From: a virus
Strand: one strand, 5' to 3'
Virus record (IMG/VR): IMGVR_UViG_3300035698_016128
Span: 1 to 64,000 of that record
DNA: 64,000 bases
Part shown: piece after piece, positions 27,708-36,336 of the stretch
Numbering within the stretch: position 1 is the first letter of the stretch
How the letters are laid out: each line of letters begins with the position of its first letter
Notes under the pieces: model-generated
What the model was told of the DNA's origin: nothing
What the model saw: only the letters and a program-made list of their open reading frames with translations
Databases searched by the model: none
Program-made: the position numbers and the translations under genes

Positions 27708-28700
27708 TTATGCAGATTCACCACTGACACGAATCTCAGGGTTGTTGCTGCTGTAGCTGGCTGTTCCAGCGTCAACGATTTCCTTGGCCCACATCGCCTT
27801 AGCCGCGTGGTGAGTCGAAAAGTTGAGCTTCTCGGCCTCTACCCAACTTCCGGTAAGCGCCCCCGCTTCCAACTGGAAGTAGTAGCCCTGCGAACCGGAA
27901 ACATTCGGATTGGAAGGCTTGAACTCTGCCGTTTTATCCTGGGCAGTTGCGATCGAACCCGTAACCGTTCCGGTGCACTTGAAGTTGGCATCACCGGATT
28001 CGATTTCGATTTCCCAATCGTCCTCGATGGTTCCCTGATTGTAAGTATGAATCTTCGAAGCATCGTAGGTATTGTCCGTACCTGTTGCAACGAAGGAATC
28101 AACCGAGCTGGTGGTATCGCTCAAGTCTTCATACCCTGCAAAGTACACAGGCGCTTCAGTGGCGTAAGCCGAGTAGCTGTACGTCAGGCCGGAAGCCAAC
28201 ACGATTGTTGCTGTGGCATCCACATACGACACGCTTGAAACCTCAACGAATTCCTCGTTGGTGCCGTCGGACAGCCAAGCATAGTCCCCGTTGGAAATGC
28301 CAAGGCCATCATCCTCGAACAGAACGGTCACGGATGTTTCGTCGGCGCTCGCCGATGCATTGAGTCGCCCGCAACCAAGCCAGCCAGTGTAGTCATCGGC
28401 TTCGGCCTGTGTGTCGGTATTGGTCCCCACCTTGATATAAATGGAATCGGCGGCAGGCGTCTGCTTCTTGACCCACAGCTTGTGGTTGTACAGAACTTCG
28501 TCCCCATCATCATGAAGCTTGGAGAAGAACTTTCTGTAGCGAGTGAGACCAGCGACACGCTCAGCCTGCGTGACGTTGGGAAACAAGTTTGTAGGCACAT
28601 TGCTTACAATCTCGTTCGTACTCATCCGGCCACCATTCGCAAGCCCATCATTTACGGTAGCTGATTTGTAAAGCTTGAGATCCGTTGCTTCGATTGCCAT
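27708..28700 (-). CDS. Tail-associated structural protein
   Basis: DLKLYKS...NGGRM...NLFPNV..AER..G.TRYRKFF N-terminus resembles Mu-like siphovirus tail proteins (from memory); GC-rich codon style like the capsid gene; AGGAGG SD. Confidence 0.7.
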   Translation of the reverse strand: MAIEATDLKLYKSATVNDGLANGGRMSTNEIVSNVPTNLFPNVTQAERVAGLTRYRKFFSKLHDDGDEVLYNHKLWVKKQTPAADSIYIKVGTNTDTQAEADDYTGWLGCGRLNASASADETSVTVLFEDDGLGISNGDYAWLSDGTNEEFVEVSSVSYVDATATIVLASGLTYSYSAYATEAPVYFAGYEDLSDTTSSVDSFVATGTDNTYDASKIHTYNQGTIEDDWEIEIESGDANFKCTGTVTGSIATAQDKTAEFKPSNPNVSGSQGYYFQLEAGALTGSWVEAEKLNFSTHHAAKAMWAKEIVDAGTASYSSNNPEIRVSGESA

Positions 28701-28728
28701 TGTCTTTCCTCCTTATTGAGTTTTCAGC

Positions 28729-29085
28729 TTATTTCTCTATTGTAATCAACCAACGATTTCTTCTATATTCACCAAGGATATCAAATAGCAAATGGTAAAT
28801 ATTTGAAAGCCTGTGGACAAACATCATCAATAGCCCCGCCAATATAACCGAGAATACTGTAATGTCAAAATGGATTAAACAACTCACCGCTATGATAAAT
28901 GCCGATACCCACACGCTCAAGCAATACTTGCACTCAAGCAACGAACTGAAAAAGGGAACCCTTCTACGTATGAAGAAATTACGAATCGGAGCAAACATCG
29001 TCGATGCCCCGATAATCTCCGTTATAGCCTCACATACAATAGGCAGAAAGAAAACAAAAAGAAACCCCCAAATAATCTCTTGCAT
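28729..29085 (-). CDS. DUF1360-like membrane protein
   Basis: Three hydrophobic segments and the LLECKYCLSVWV motif. Confidence 0.65.
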   Translation of the reverse strand: MQEIIWGFLFVFFLPIVCEAITEIIGASTMFAPIRNFFIRRRVPFFSSLLECKYCLSVWVSAFIIAVSCLIHFDITVFSVILAGLLMMFVHRLSNIYHLLFDILGEYRRNRWLITIEK

Positions 29086-29094
29086 GTCGGCCCC

Positions 29095-29238
29095 CTACTT
29101 TTTAACAACGTACTTGCGCCCACACTTTGGGCAACGATGCCACTCACCATCCTTCGGCCTCTTTCTTCCGCAACACGCTTGCCTTACCATCTTCATCAAA
29201 GGCACGTTACATTCCACGCAAGAACTTCTGTTACCCAT
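29095..29238 (-). CDS. 47-aa Zn-ribbon protein, absent from the ORF track
   Basis: MGNRSSCVECNVPLMKMVRQACCGRKRPKDGEWHRCPKCGRKYVVKK; GAGGAG upstream; exactly fills the gap between genes. Confidence 0.75.
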   Translation of the reverse strand: MGNRSSCVECNVPLMKMVRQACCGRKRPKDGEWHRCPKCGRKYVVKK

Positions 29239-29242
29239 GAGA

Positions 29243-29665
29243 TTACATCTCCTCTGCTTCAATCACGTAGTCTGTCACGTTACCGCCATAGACATCACTG
29301 AAGTTTGTAATCGAAACTATGTATGAAGGAATGTATCTATAAATCGTCTCACCGTTTACAGTGGTTGTCTCAAGAAGCTCATGCACAGTGCGTGTCATTT
29401 CGTCACGTTCTGATATTGGAATGAAATCAATCAGCACGACATTGTGTTCAGCCGCCGCAGCATTCTTAATATCCTCAATGTCTGATTGGGCAATGCCCCT
29501 GATGCTGAATTTATATTTCGCACTGGAAACATCCTGGCTTAACAGCGAACCCCCGGTAGTACGCCCGAAGCTTCCCATTTTCATTTTCTCTTTAGAGTAT
29601 GTTTCAGGATTCACAAGAAGAGTGTACCCTGCTATGCTTATATTTGCTGTGTATTCCAGTGACAT
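29243..29665 (-). CDS. Distal tail protein-like
   Basis: Size and position after the tape measure; LLVNPETY...RTTGG pattern; AGGGAG SD. Confidence 0.55.
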   Translation of the reverse strand: MSLEYTANISIAGYTLLVNPETYSKEKMKMGSFGRTTGGSLLSQDVSSAKYKFSIRGIAQSDIEDIKNAAAAEHNVVLIDFIPISERDEMTRTVHELLETTTVNGETIYRYIPSYIVSITNFSDVYGGNVTDYVIEAEEM

Positions 29666-29675
29666 TTCTCGCTCC

Positions 29676-30827
29676 CTAGAATTGATATAAAATAACCGGG
29701 TCTTCGTACATGTACCACGGCGCTGAATCCTGAATAATCAAATCGCCATCATTGTAGTGTGACGGAGTATTAATTCTGACATCGTTCATTGCGAAAATCA
29801 TTCTGTAATTCCCGTAAGCAACCGATATACTCATATGCCTTTTGGTATTGGCCTCATACTGCAACACATGTGAAATTGAATCTTCCGTCCATGTTATCAC
29901 CCCGTATGCCGAACCCCCTCCTAAGATAAACTTTTGAACCTTTCCGTCATACCCAAAATTTGGTGTCTGGATTGAATTGTGGATTTGAATATAAAACTGC
30001 CTGAGTTCTTCATTGCAATGTTCAGAATACACCGAAACATCCGTAAGGTCAATTATTGGATTATCGTCAGTGATACTCGTTGATGGTAAATCAATGGCGT
30101 TTGTTGAGTCAGCGCCTATCATGGTCATGTGCGTATTGATTGTATCGAATACTCGAAAGTTAAAAGTCGCTTCGCTCAAAAACATGCCTGAGTATGCAAA
30201 AAGCGTGCCATCCCTATCGCTAACAGTGGTCATGCTATTGCCAAACTCGCGGAACCCACCAACCTTGTTTCTATGGCACATTACAATCTCTCTTGCGCCA
30301 TCAGCAACCACTCCGTATACCAAGTCCTTTACGGCGTGCGCCCTTGCGGTCGTGCCTTCCTGCGCCCGTGTACACCCTGACGCAATATTAGAACTGACAG
30401 CGCCAACAGAAATGAATTCATCATTTACGATAAGAGCTTCAACGCCATCAAACAGAGTTGCAGAATCGCCATTTATCTCCACGGTAGTACTGTCGGCTGT
30501 GACGGCGGTATCAACGTAGCCTATGACAATACCCCAAGGCTTTGCCGTGTTCTCTTTAAATTTGTAACCCGAAATACTCGTTCGCTTACCGAGAAGAACG
30601 CCAGCAAGCTGAGACCAAGCTTCGTTCTGGAAGGTTAACTCGGATATAACAGCACCGCCAGAAATATCATAATCAGAAAGTCTTCCACTGGAATGCCCTT
30701 TCATCATTTCGTTGTAGTGTCTGTATTCCATATTACGCTGAACACGTTCGTTGCTTATGTCAACAACATAAGAACGATCAAGATTCGGAACGTTGAAAGC
30801 GCCTTCTATGTCGAACCAAAACTTCAT
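29676..30827 (-). CDS. Second tail-tube-like protein with an inserted TRAQEGTTARAH domain
   Basis: GGAVISEL, FAYSGMFLSEATF and YGVITW mirror the tube protein's GGDINFEV, FTYNGCKVNTL and DGTVTIEF. Confidence 0.6.
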   Translation of the reverse strand: MKFWFDIEGAFNVPNLDRSYVVDISNERVQRNMEYRHYNEMMKGHSSGRLSDYDISGGAVISELTFQNEAWSQLAGVLLGKRTSISGYKFKENTAKPWGIVIGYVDTAVTADSTTVEINGDSATLFDGVEALIVNDEFISVGAVSSNIASGCTRAQEGTTARAHAVKDLVYGVVADGAREIVMCHRNKVGGFREFGNSMTTVSDRDGTLFAYSGMFLSEATFNFRVFDTINTHMTMIGADSTNAIDLPSTSITDDNPIIDLTDVSVYSEHCNEELRQFYIQIHNSIQTPNFGYDGKVQKFILGGGSAYGVITWTEDSISHVLQYEANTKRHMSISVAYGNYRMIFAMNDVRINTPSHYNDGDLIIQDSAPWYMYEDPVILYQF

Positions 30828-33800
30828 TACAACCTCGTGAGATTTTCACGTTCAAGGTGATCCTTAAGGGTAGTTACTACCCCAACATCGCCATACAGAG
30901 GGTAAGTCTTAGCACCTCTGTCACCAGCATTGATTGTTAATTCGAACATGGCCTTTCCACCACCAGAAGCCTCGCGAGTGATACCGGGGTCAGTTTCGGT
31001 ATCACCTTCACCAACAACGCCCCCCAATTGGTACTTATTACGCTCAGAAACGGCCCCTGTGGCCCTTCCAAGGGCTTCCATGCCCCTTCGGCTCACTACG
31101 AAGCTACCACGCGGTAAAGACGTCTGTATGTTGTCTACCCCGGACGGCCCTGTGAACGTAGAGATAGGCAGTCCATTTGTCATGGCAACAGCGTTACCAG
31201 CATTCAGCGCTTGGAGTTTCGAAAGGTTCTGTGAAACATACTCGGGCGACACAAGACCCTCACCAGCGCTCACCTTCGTCGTAGCGGCGAATCCTGAAAG
31301 CCCACCAAACTGCCTCTTCTCTTCAGTCACAATCCTTGTAATATCTTCGCGCACCTTAATGACATGCTCCTTACCTGTAAGAAGCCCAAGGCTACTGGCA
31401 ATATTCCTAATCTTCTCATCAAGCAAATCCATCTGCGTCTTAGCTGCTGTAAAAACAGTACCGAGTTCATCAGCAATATTACTGAAGTCAACATTGGCAA
31501 CTTTGTTTGTGACAATGGCAATGGCCTGATCGACAGAATGAAGAGCTTCCTCAACTTTTTTGAATTTACCAGCTAACTGCGCCTGCAGATTTCCCTGCTG
31601 TTCAATGGCAGAACTCTGCGCCTCTGCCTGCTTTGCCGAAAGAGCTTTCGTCTTCCCTACGCTCTCGGCAAACAACCGTCGTTGGGACGAATAGAAATTG
31701 GCATCTGTTATCAAATCCCGCGCACGAGCAATCTCTAAAGCTTCGCCCTGCTTGGAATATGATGTCTCAGTAAGACGCTGAGCCTTCTCCAACGCCTCTC
31801 TTTCAGATTCAAACGCAGCAACTCTTTGCTCAGCAGTCTTGCTACTATTCTCGCCAAGGCTTCGGTACTGATCGGCCTGACTTGTGAGTAAACTGATACT
31901 CTCACGAATAGCCGTTTGTTCCTGCCTGTTAAGCTGAGTGGCATTAGCAAGCGCTTCGTTTGCTTTGCGTCGTGTTTCGGTCGTCTCCTTTAAATTCTTT
32001 GCAACGAGCGCTTCTGCCTTATATACTTTCTCCTGTGCTTTTTCGATTTTATCAAGATCAGCACCAGAATCAACAAGGTCATCATAGCTCTGCCGTGCGT
32101 CCTTGACCTTATCCCGAAGATCAACCAGATTTTCAGTAAGCTTCTTTGTTTCCGCTGCAAACTTCAGGCCGGAAGAAACGCCAAGGTCGAACATACCGGC
32201 AAGCCGCCTGACACTCTCAACGCCGTTGAGTTGTATATTTGTAAGTTCAAGATTCATCTCACGTAATGATTCCGTAACCGTATAAATCTCATTTGATACT
32301 GATTGCAACTCCTGTGTTAATTTCTTCTGTGCTTCAAGCGCAGTCTCGCCAGAACGCTTCCACCACTCTTCGAATTCGGGTAGCGTTGTCTGATTCGCAT
32401 GCGCGAGAAGTTCATTTAATACTTCAGTATAAGAAGCAAGATTCGACCAAGCCGTTCCAATCTCGGCAGTAGAAGCCGTGGCACTTGTTTTTAACTCCTC
32501 ATGCTTTACTTTTGCACCAGCAACCATCATACCGTATTTTTCTATTGCAGCCTCATTTGCAAGCGCACCCTCATATACATTATTAAGCCCCTCGACAGCG
32601 GCCTTAGTTGAATCTACAAGATTACGCCTCATGACATCATCAAGTCGCTCAGTGGCGGCGGCAGTGTTGCCAATTCCCGTTGCGAGTGCATTGTAAATTT
32701 CTATGCCATAGCGGACATTGGCGACGTAACCAACAAAGGAAGAAGCGAGCTCAACATTCTCCTCCTGCTTATCAAGCAGGCGTTCATATGCGCCAAGCCA
32801 TGCATCAACTGCGCCCTTAGCTTCTTTGAGAAGCTTATTAAGCTCCTTCTGTTTCTCTTCACCTAGATCTGCGTATTCAAGATTTTCAAACTGCGCAAGC
32901 GCATTCTCCCTGTACTGCCGTAAGATATCAACATTGATCGCCCGCTCCCTACCTAGGATAGCTGTGCGTCCAATCAATGTTTCGTTAATATGCTGAGCAA
33001 TAATCTGCATCTCACCCATTGCGCCGACGTAGTCTTCTAAGCCGCCAAGCTTGGCACCAAAGAGTTGCTCGTTAGTCGCAATGAGTTCGCTTGCTATAAT
33101 ATGGTAGCCAATGAGATCGCCAGTAATATTCTCAACGCCTTTTTCTGTTTCATTCATCCCTGCTCGCATTTTAGCAAATGATTGGCGAGTATCATCGGTA
33201 GTAGCCGTAAGCCTCTTCCATATATAAATACCTCCAGCGACTATAGCCGCTAGCACGAGAAGCGCAGCACCGACCCAACCAAGCGACACGACAAGACCAG
33301 CCCAAACAACCTTGGCGACCCAAATGAGGACATTGGCAAAATTCTGCAACACAGTAATGAATCTGAGAAGGCTTGCGGATAAGCCTGTAAATAGACCAGT
33401 AAGACCCGCTGTCTCAAATAACTTTATAGCCGCCGCCGCTCTAATAACAGCGCCCTGTAAAATTTTAAAATGAAGAATGACCATGCCGATGACTTTTATT
33501 AACATATACATACCAGCAACAGCGGCAACGATTTGAAGTATATCCCCAAGCTTGCCAGTTGACCCAAGGGCGTTATTCAAACGCTCAAAGCCCTGTACAA
33601 GAAAGTTAACTCCCTTGACCAACTCAACTACAATATGAACAGGGATAGCAAACAGATTCTTTACAAGAAGGACTAGTGCCTGATTCGCTCTCGCAAACAC
33701 GGCGGCAGGAGCAGCAAGCATAATCTCTGCCATCTCACGAGCAGCACCTTCGGCGGAGTACTTAAGCCTATCCACATTTTTTACCAAAACATCGTAATTT

Positions 33801-35074
33801 ATAGCAAGCGCAATCATGGACTTAGAACCACGAAGACCCATTCTATCAAACACCACACCTAATTGTTCCACAGAGAGGTATCCGGATGGATCATTAAGCG
33901 CCTCGTTCAACTGCCGAAAGATATCTAAAATCTGTATAGGCTTTTCTGGATCAATATCTATATCAAAAGCTTCCGCAAATTTTCTAGGAGTTTTGGCTAT
34001 TCTGGAAATAAGACTCTGAAAAGAACGACCAGCAATACCAGCTTTTATCAAGTGATCGTTCAGGGTGGCGAGTATACCGACGAGTTCGGTAAAGGAAATA
34101 CCAACTGCCACGGATGTCGCCAAACTGTACTTAAGCCCATCAACCATCTCGTTCATTTCAATCTGGTGCCTGTCAAATGCTTTCACAAGCACATCGTTAA
34201 TGGCTACAAATTTTTCAGTCAAAGTTATATTATCAGTAAGAGCTCCAGATAATTTTGTGGATGCACCAACGAAAACAATCGTGCCATCTGAAGCTCTCTT
34301 GATAGAATCTTTCATGTTGTTGTAGACACCGGCAATAAGCTTCGTAACAGTCGTCACATCAGACTCAGTACCGACCATCACATCCATACTCGTTGTGAGA
34401 GCAGCGATTGCCTCCTCAGCACTCAAGCCAGCGCTACCCAACTGGTACAGAACCTCATTGACTTGCTTTGCAGTTTGCCCTGTCCTAACCATCTCACTGT
34501 TCACAGCGCCATAAGCCTGCTCTAGAGCTTCTGACAGCGCAATCACTTCAGGATACAAGACACGCACAGAACGTGCGAACTCGTTATCAACATTAACGGC
34601 CTGACCTATGAGGTCAACGAATTTATACATGGGGCCAAAGATAAGTCCAAAGCCAGCGACCCACGCCGCCTGACTGATCAGCATGGCTTTGAACCCTTGG
34701 GTAGTCGTACGGGCGGTAGCCTTTGCTACGTCGCCCATCTTCGCAATCGACTTGCTTCCCTTCTTTGCGGCAGCACTTGTCTTCGTCATGGCTCCGGTAA
34801 GCCCAGTGACAGAACCTTGGAGTTTAACAACCTTCTTATCGAGATTTGCGTGCGACGTGCCAAGTGTCTTTAAGGTAGTTGCGAGTTTCTTTGCTGCGGC
34901 GGCTTCAGCATTGGCGGCTTCAGCCGTTTTCTTCATGCCAGTTGCCGAGGTTGTAGAAGCCTTGTTGAGAATTTCAGCTTCCTTCACCAAGCCAGCGGCG
35001 GCATCTCGAACGGCGCGAATCTCTTTTACGGCATCCTGCACTGCCTTAATTTTTAGAAGTAATTCTTTTTCCAT
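30827..35074 (-). CDS. Tape measure protein
   Basis: 1415 aa, Ala/Lys-rich helical; TP901-type core (YQLGSAGL, GIKAG..GRSF); hydrophobic middle; follows the chaperone genes. Confidence 0.93.
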   Translation of the reverse strand: MEKELLLKIKAVQDAVKEIRAVRDAAAGLVKEAEILNKASTTSATGMKKTAEAANAEAAAAKKLATTLKTLGTSHANLDKKVVKLQGSVTGLTGAMTKTSAAAKKGSKSIAKMGDVAKATARTTTQGFKAMLISQAAWVAGFGLIFGPMYKFVDLIGQAVNVDNEFARSVRVLYPEVIALSEALEQAYGAVNSEMVRTGQTAKQVNEVLYQLGSAGLSAEEAIAALTTSMDVMVGTESDVTTVTKLIAGVYNNMKDSIKRASDGTIVFVGASTKLSGALTDNITLTEKFVAINDVLVKAFDRHQIEMNEMVDGLKYSLATSVAVGISFTELVGILATLNDHLIKAGIAGRSFQSLISRIAKTPRKFAEAFDIDIDPEKPIQILDIFRQLNEALNDPSGYLSVEQLGVVFDRMGLRGSKSMIALAINYDVLVKNVDRLKYSAEGAAREMAEIMLAAPAAVFARANQALVLLVKNLFAIPVHIVVELVKGVNFLVQGFERLNNALGSTGKLGDILQIVAAVAGMYMLIKVIGMVILHFKILQGAVIRAAAAIKLFETAGLTGLFTGLSASLLRFITVLQNFANVLIWVAKVVWAGLVVSLGWVGAALLVLAAIVAGGIYIWKRLTATTDDTRQSFAKMRAGMNETEKGVENITGDLIGYHIIASELIATNEQLFGAKLGGLEDYVGAMGEMQIIAQHINETLIGRTAILGRERAINVDILRQYRENALAQFENLEYADLGEEKQKELNKLLKEAKGAVDAWLGAYERLLDKQEENVELASSFVGYVANVRYGIEIYNALATGIGNTAAATERLDDVMRRNLVDSTKAAVEGLNNVYEGALANEAAIEKYGMMVAGAKVKHEELKTSATASTAEIGTAWSNLASYTEVLNELLAHANQTTLPEFEEWWKRSGETALEAQKKLTQELQSVSNEIYTVTESLREMNLELTNIQLNGVESVRRLAGMFDLGVSSGLKFAAETKKLTENLVDLRDKVKDARQSYDDLVDSGADLDKIEKAQEKVYKAEALVAKNLKETTETRRKANEALANATQLNRQEQTAIRESISLLTSQADQYRSLGENSSKTAEQRVAAFESEREALEKAQRLTETSYSKQGEALEIARARDLITDANFYSSQRRLFAESVGKTKALSAKQAEAQSSAIEQQGNLQAQLAGKFKKVEEALHSVDQAIAIVTNKVANVDFSNIADELGTVFTAAKTQMDLLDEKIRNIASSLGLLTGKEHVIKVREDITRIVTEEKRQFGGLSGFAATTKVSAGEGLVSPEYVSQNLSKLQALNAGNAVAMTNGLPISTFTGPSGVDNIQTSLPRGSFVVSRRGMEALGRATGAVSERNKYQLGGVVGEGDTETDPGITREASGGGKAMFELTINAGDRGAKTYPLYGDVGVVTTLKDHLERENLTRL

Positions 35075-35098
35075 TCTTTCCCGCCCCGAATGCGTCTG

Positions 35099-35593
35099 TT
35101 ATCGCTTCGCTGTGTGCGGACGGGACTTGAACCCCTTCCCACCGGAAGGTTGACTATGAGAAATACTCTGTGGTCGCTTGTCTTCGTATTCTGATCTGAC
35201 TTGCTGTTGCTCCGTGACGACTAAACCTCTGACTTCAAAGTAATAGTTCGTCTCATCAAGCAACCCACCACCACACGGCGTACTGCCACTTTCCTCAGAC
35301 CAGTTTACAAGCTTTACAAGATAAACCGTGTTAGGGTCTATCCTTCTCATCGGGCAACGCCAAACACGATACTTCTTTCCGATTACAAGCTCAAAGATCG
35401 GCTTCAAGACCTTTTTGCATTCGGGGCATAGAGCCTTACCAGTTTCCTTACTTATTGCTTGATCACCGTACTTTACCTGTCCGTGCCTAGCGCACTCCCC
35501 AATGACTTCGCCACCACAATTCCTCGTCTTGTCAAGTCCCTTGCTCTTACACACTTCACAATCATACGAAGCACTGGATTTGTTGTGTTCCAA
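35099..35593 (-). CDS. Tail assembly chaperone extension (gpT-like), probably reached by -1 frameshift; Cys-rich
   Basis: The -1 frame relative to the chaperone is open from about 35680 and reads DLRLAIRWAAFLEHNK. There is only a TTG without a clear SD. Confidence 0.65.
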   Translation of the reverse strand: MEHNKSSASYDCEVCKSKGLDKTRNCGGEVIGECARHGQVKYGDQAISKETGKALCPECKKVLKPIFELVIGKKYRVWRCPMRRIDPNTVYLVKLVNWSEESGSTPCGGGLLDETNYYFEVRGLVVTEQQQVRSEYEDKRPQSISHSQPSGGKGFKSRPHTAKR

Positions 35594-35613
35594 GAATGCG
35601 GCCCACCGAATTG

Positions 35614-36039
35614 CTAATCGGAGGTCCGCTTCTTCTCTTCCCCCAACTTCGACTCTCCCCGGATATACTCTGCCAGCTCAATGCGGGCGCTCGGGGGGAT
35701 CTTGTCGATGTTTGTCAGCATGATACGGCGATGCTCATGGATGGTAGTGCCACCGGGTTCTTCGAATGCAACGACTTCACCGCCGTCGAAAACAAAGTTG
35801 TCCCAGCCCTGAAGACCGATGACGAGAGTTTCAAGCGCCTGCGAGCCGGTTACAATCCGTTCCTTACGCTCATCCCCTGTGCCGTCGATTTGGTACAGGT
35901 CATTCTGAATCTCCGCATACTCGATTGAGGAGAGAAAGCGAACCTTCCAGATAACCTGATCATCAGGTGCATCATCCTTCTGGCTCCTCAGAATGAACTC
36001 ATGCTTCTGCCCTGCTTTTACACCTAGAATCTTACCCAT
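35614..36039 (-). CDS. Tail assembly chaperone (gpG-like)
   Basis: GGAGG SD before ATG 36039; lies between the tube and tape measure genes; ETLVIGLQGWDNF motif. Confidence 0.75.
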   Translation of the reverse strand: MGKILGVKAGQKHEFILRSQKDDAPDDQVIWKVRFLSSIEYAEIQNDLYQIDGTGDERKERIVTGSQALETLVIGLQGWDNFVFDGGEVVAFEEPGGTTIHEHRRIMLTNIDKIPPSARIELAEYIRGESKLGEEKKRTSD

Positions 36040-36270
36040 GGCTTCGAACCTCCGTTTGTCGAATGCGACTTCGCCAACCCATTTGACGAGCCATTTATAC
36101 ATTTTCCAGAAAAGCTTCCAGTACCACACGTGAAGCCTTCCCTTCCTAGTTCCAAGCATAGAATAACATAGTAGGCATCCAAAGATCAAGGATATACATA
36201 CTATGATAAAAGGCATATAAAATAAGATACGTATAGCTAATAGAACCCTATTCATTTCTTAGCCCCTGAC

Positions 36271-36302
36271 AAAAAGGTGGGGAGGCCCGTTAAGGCCTCC
36301 CC
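36271..36302 (-). terminator. Rho-independent terminator after the tail tube gene
   Basis: GGGGAGGCC-TTAACG-GGCCTCCCC followed by ACCTTTTT on the minus strand. Confidence 0.8.
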
Positions 36303-36336
36303 GGATGAAGAAAGCGCGAGGGGGTGCGCGGTGTGC

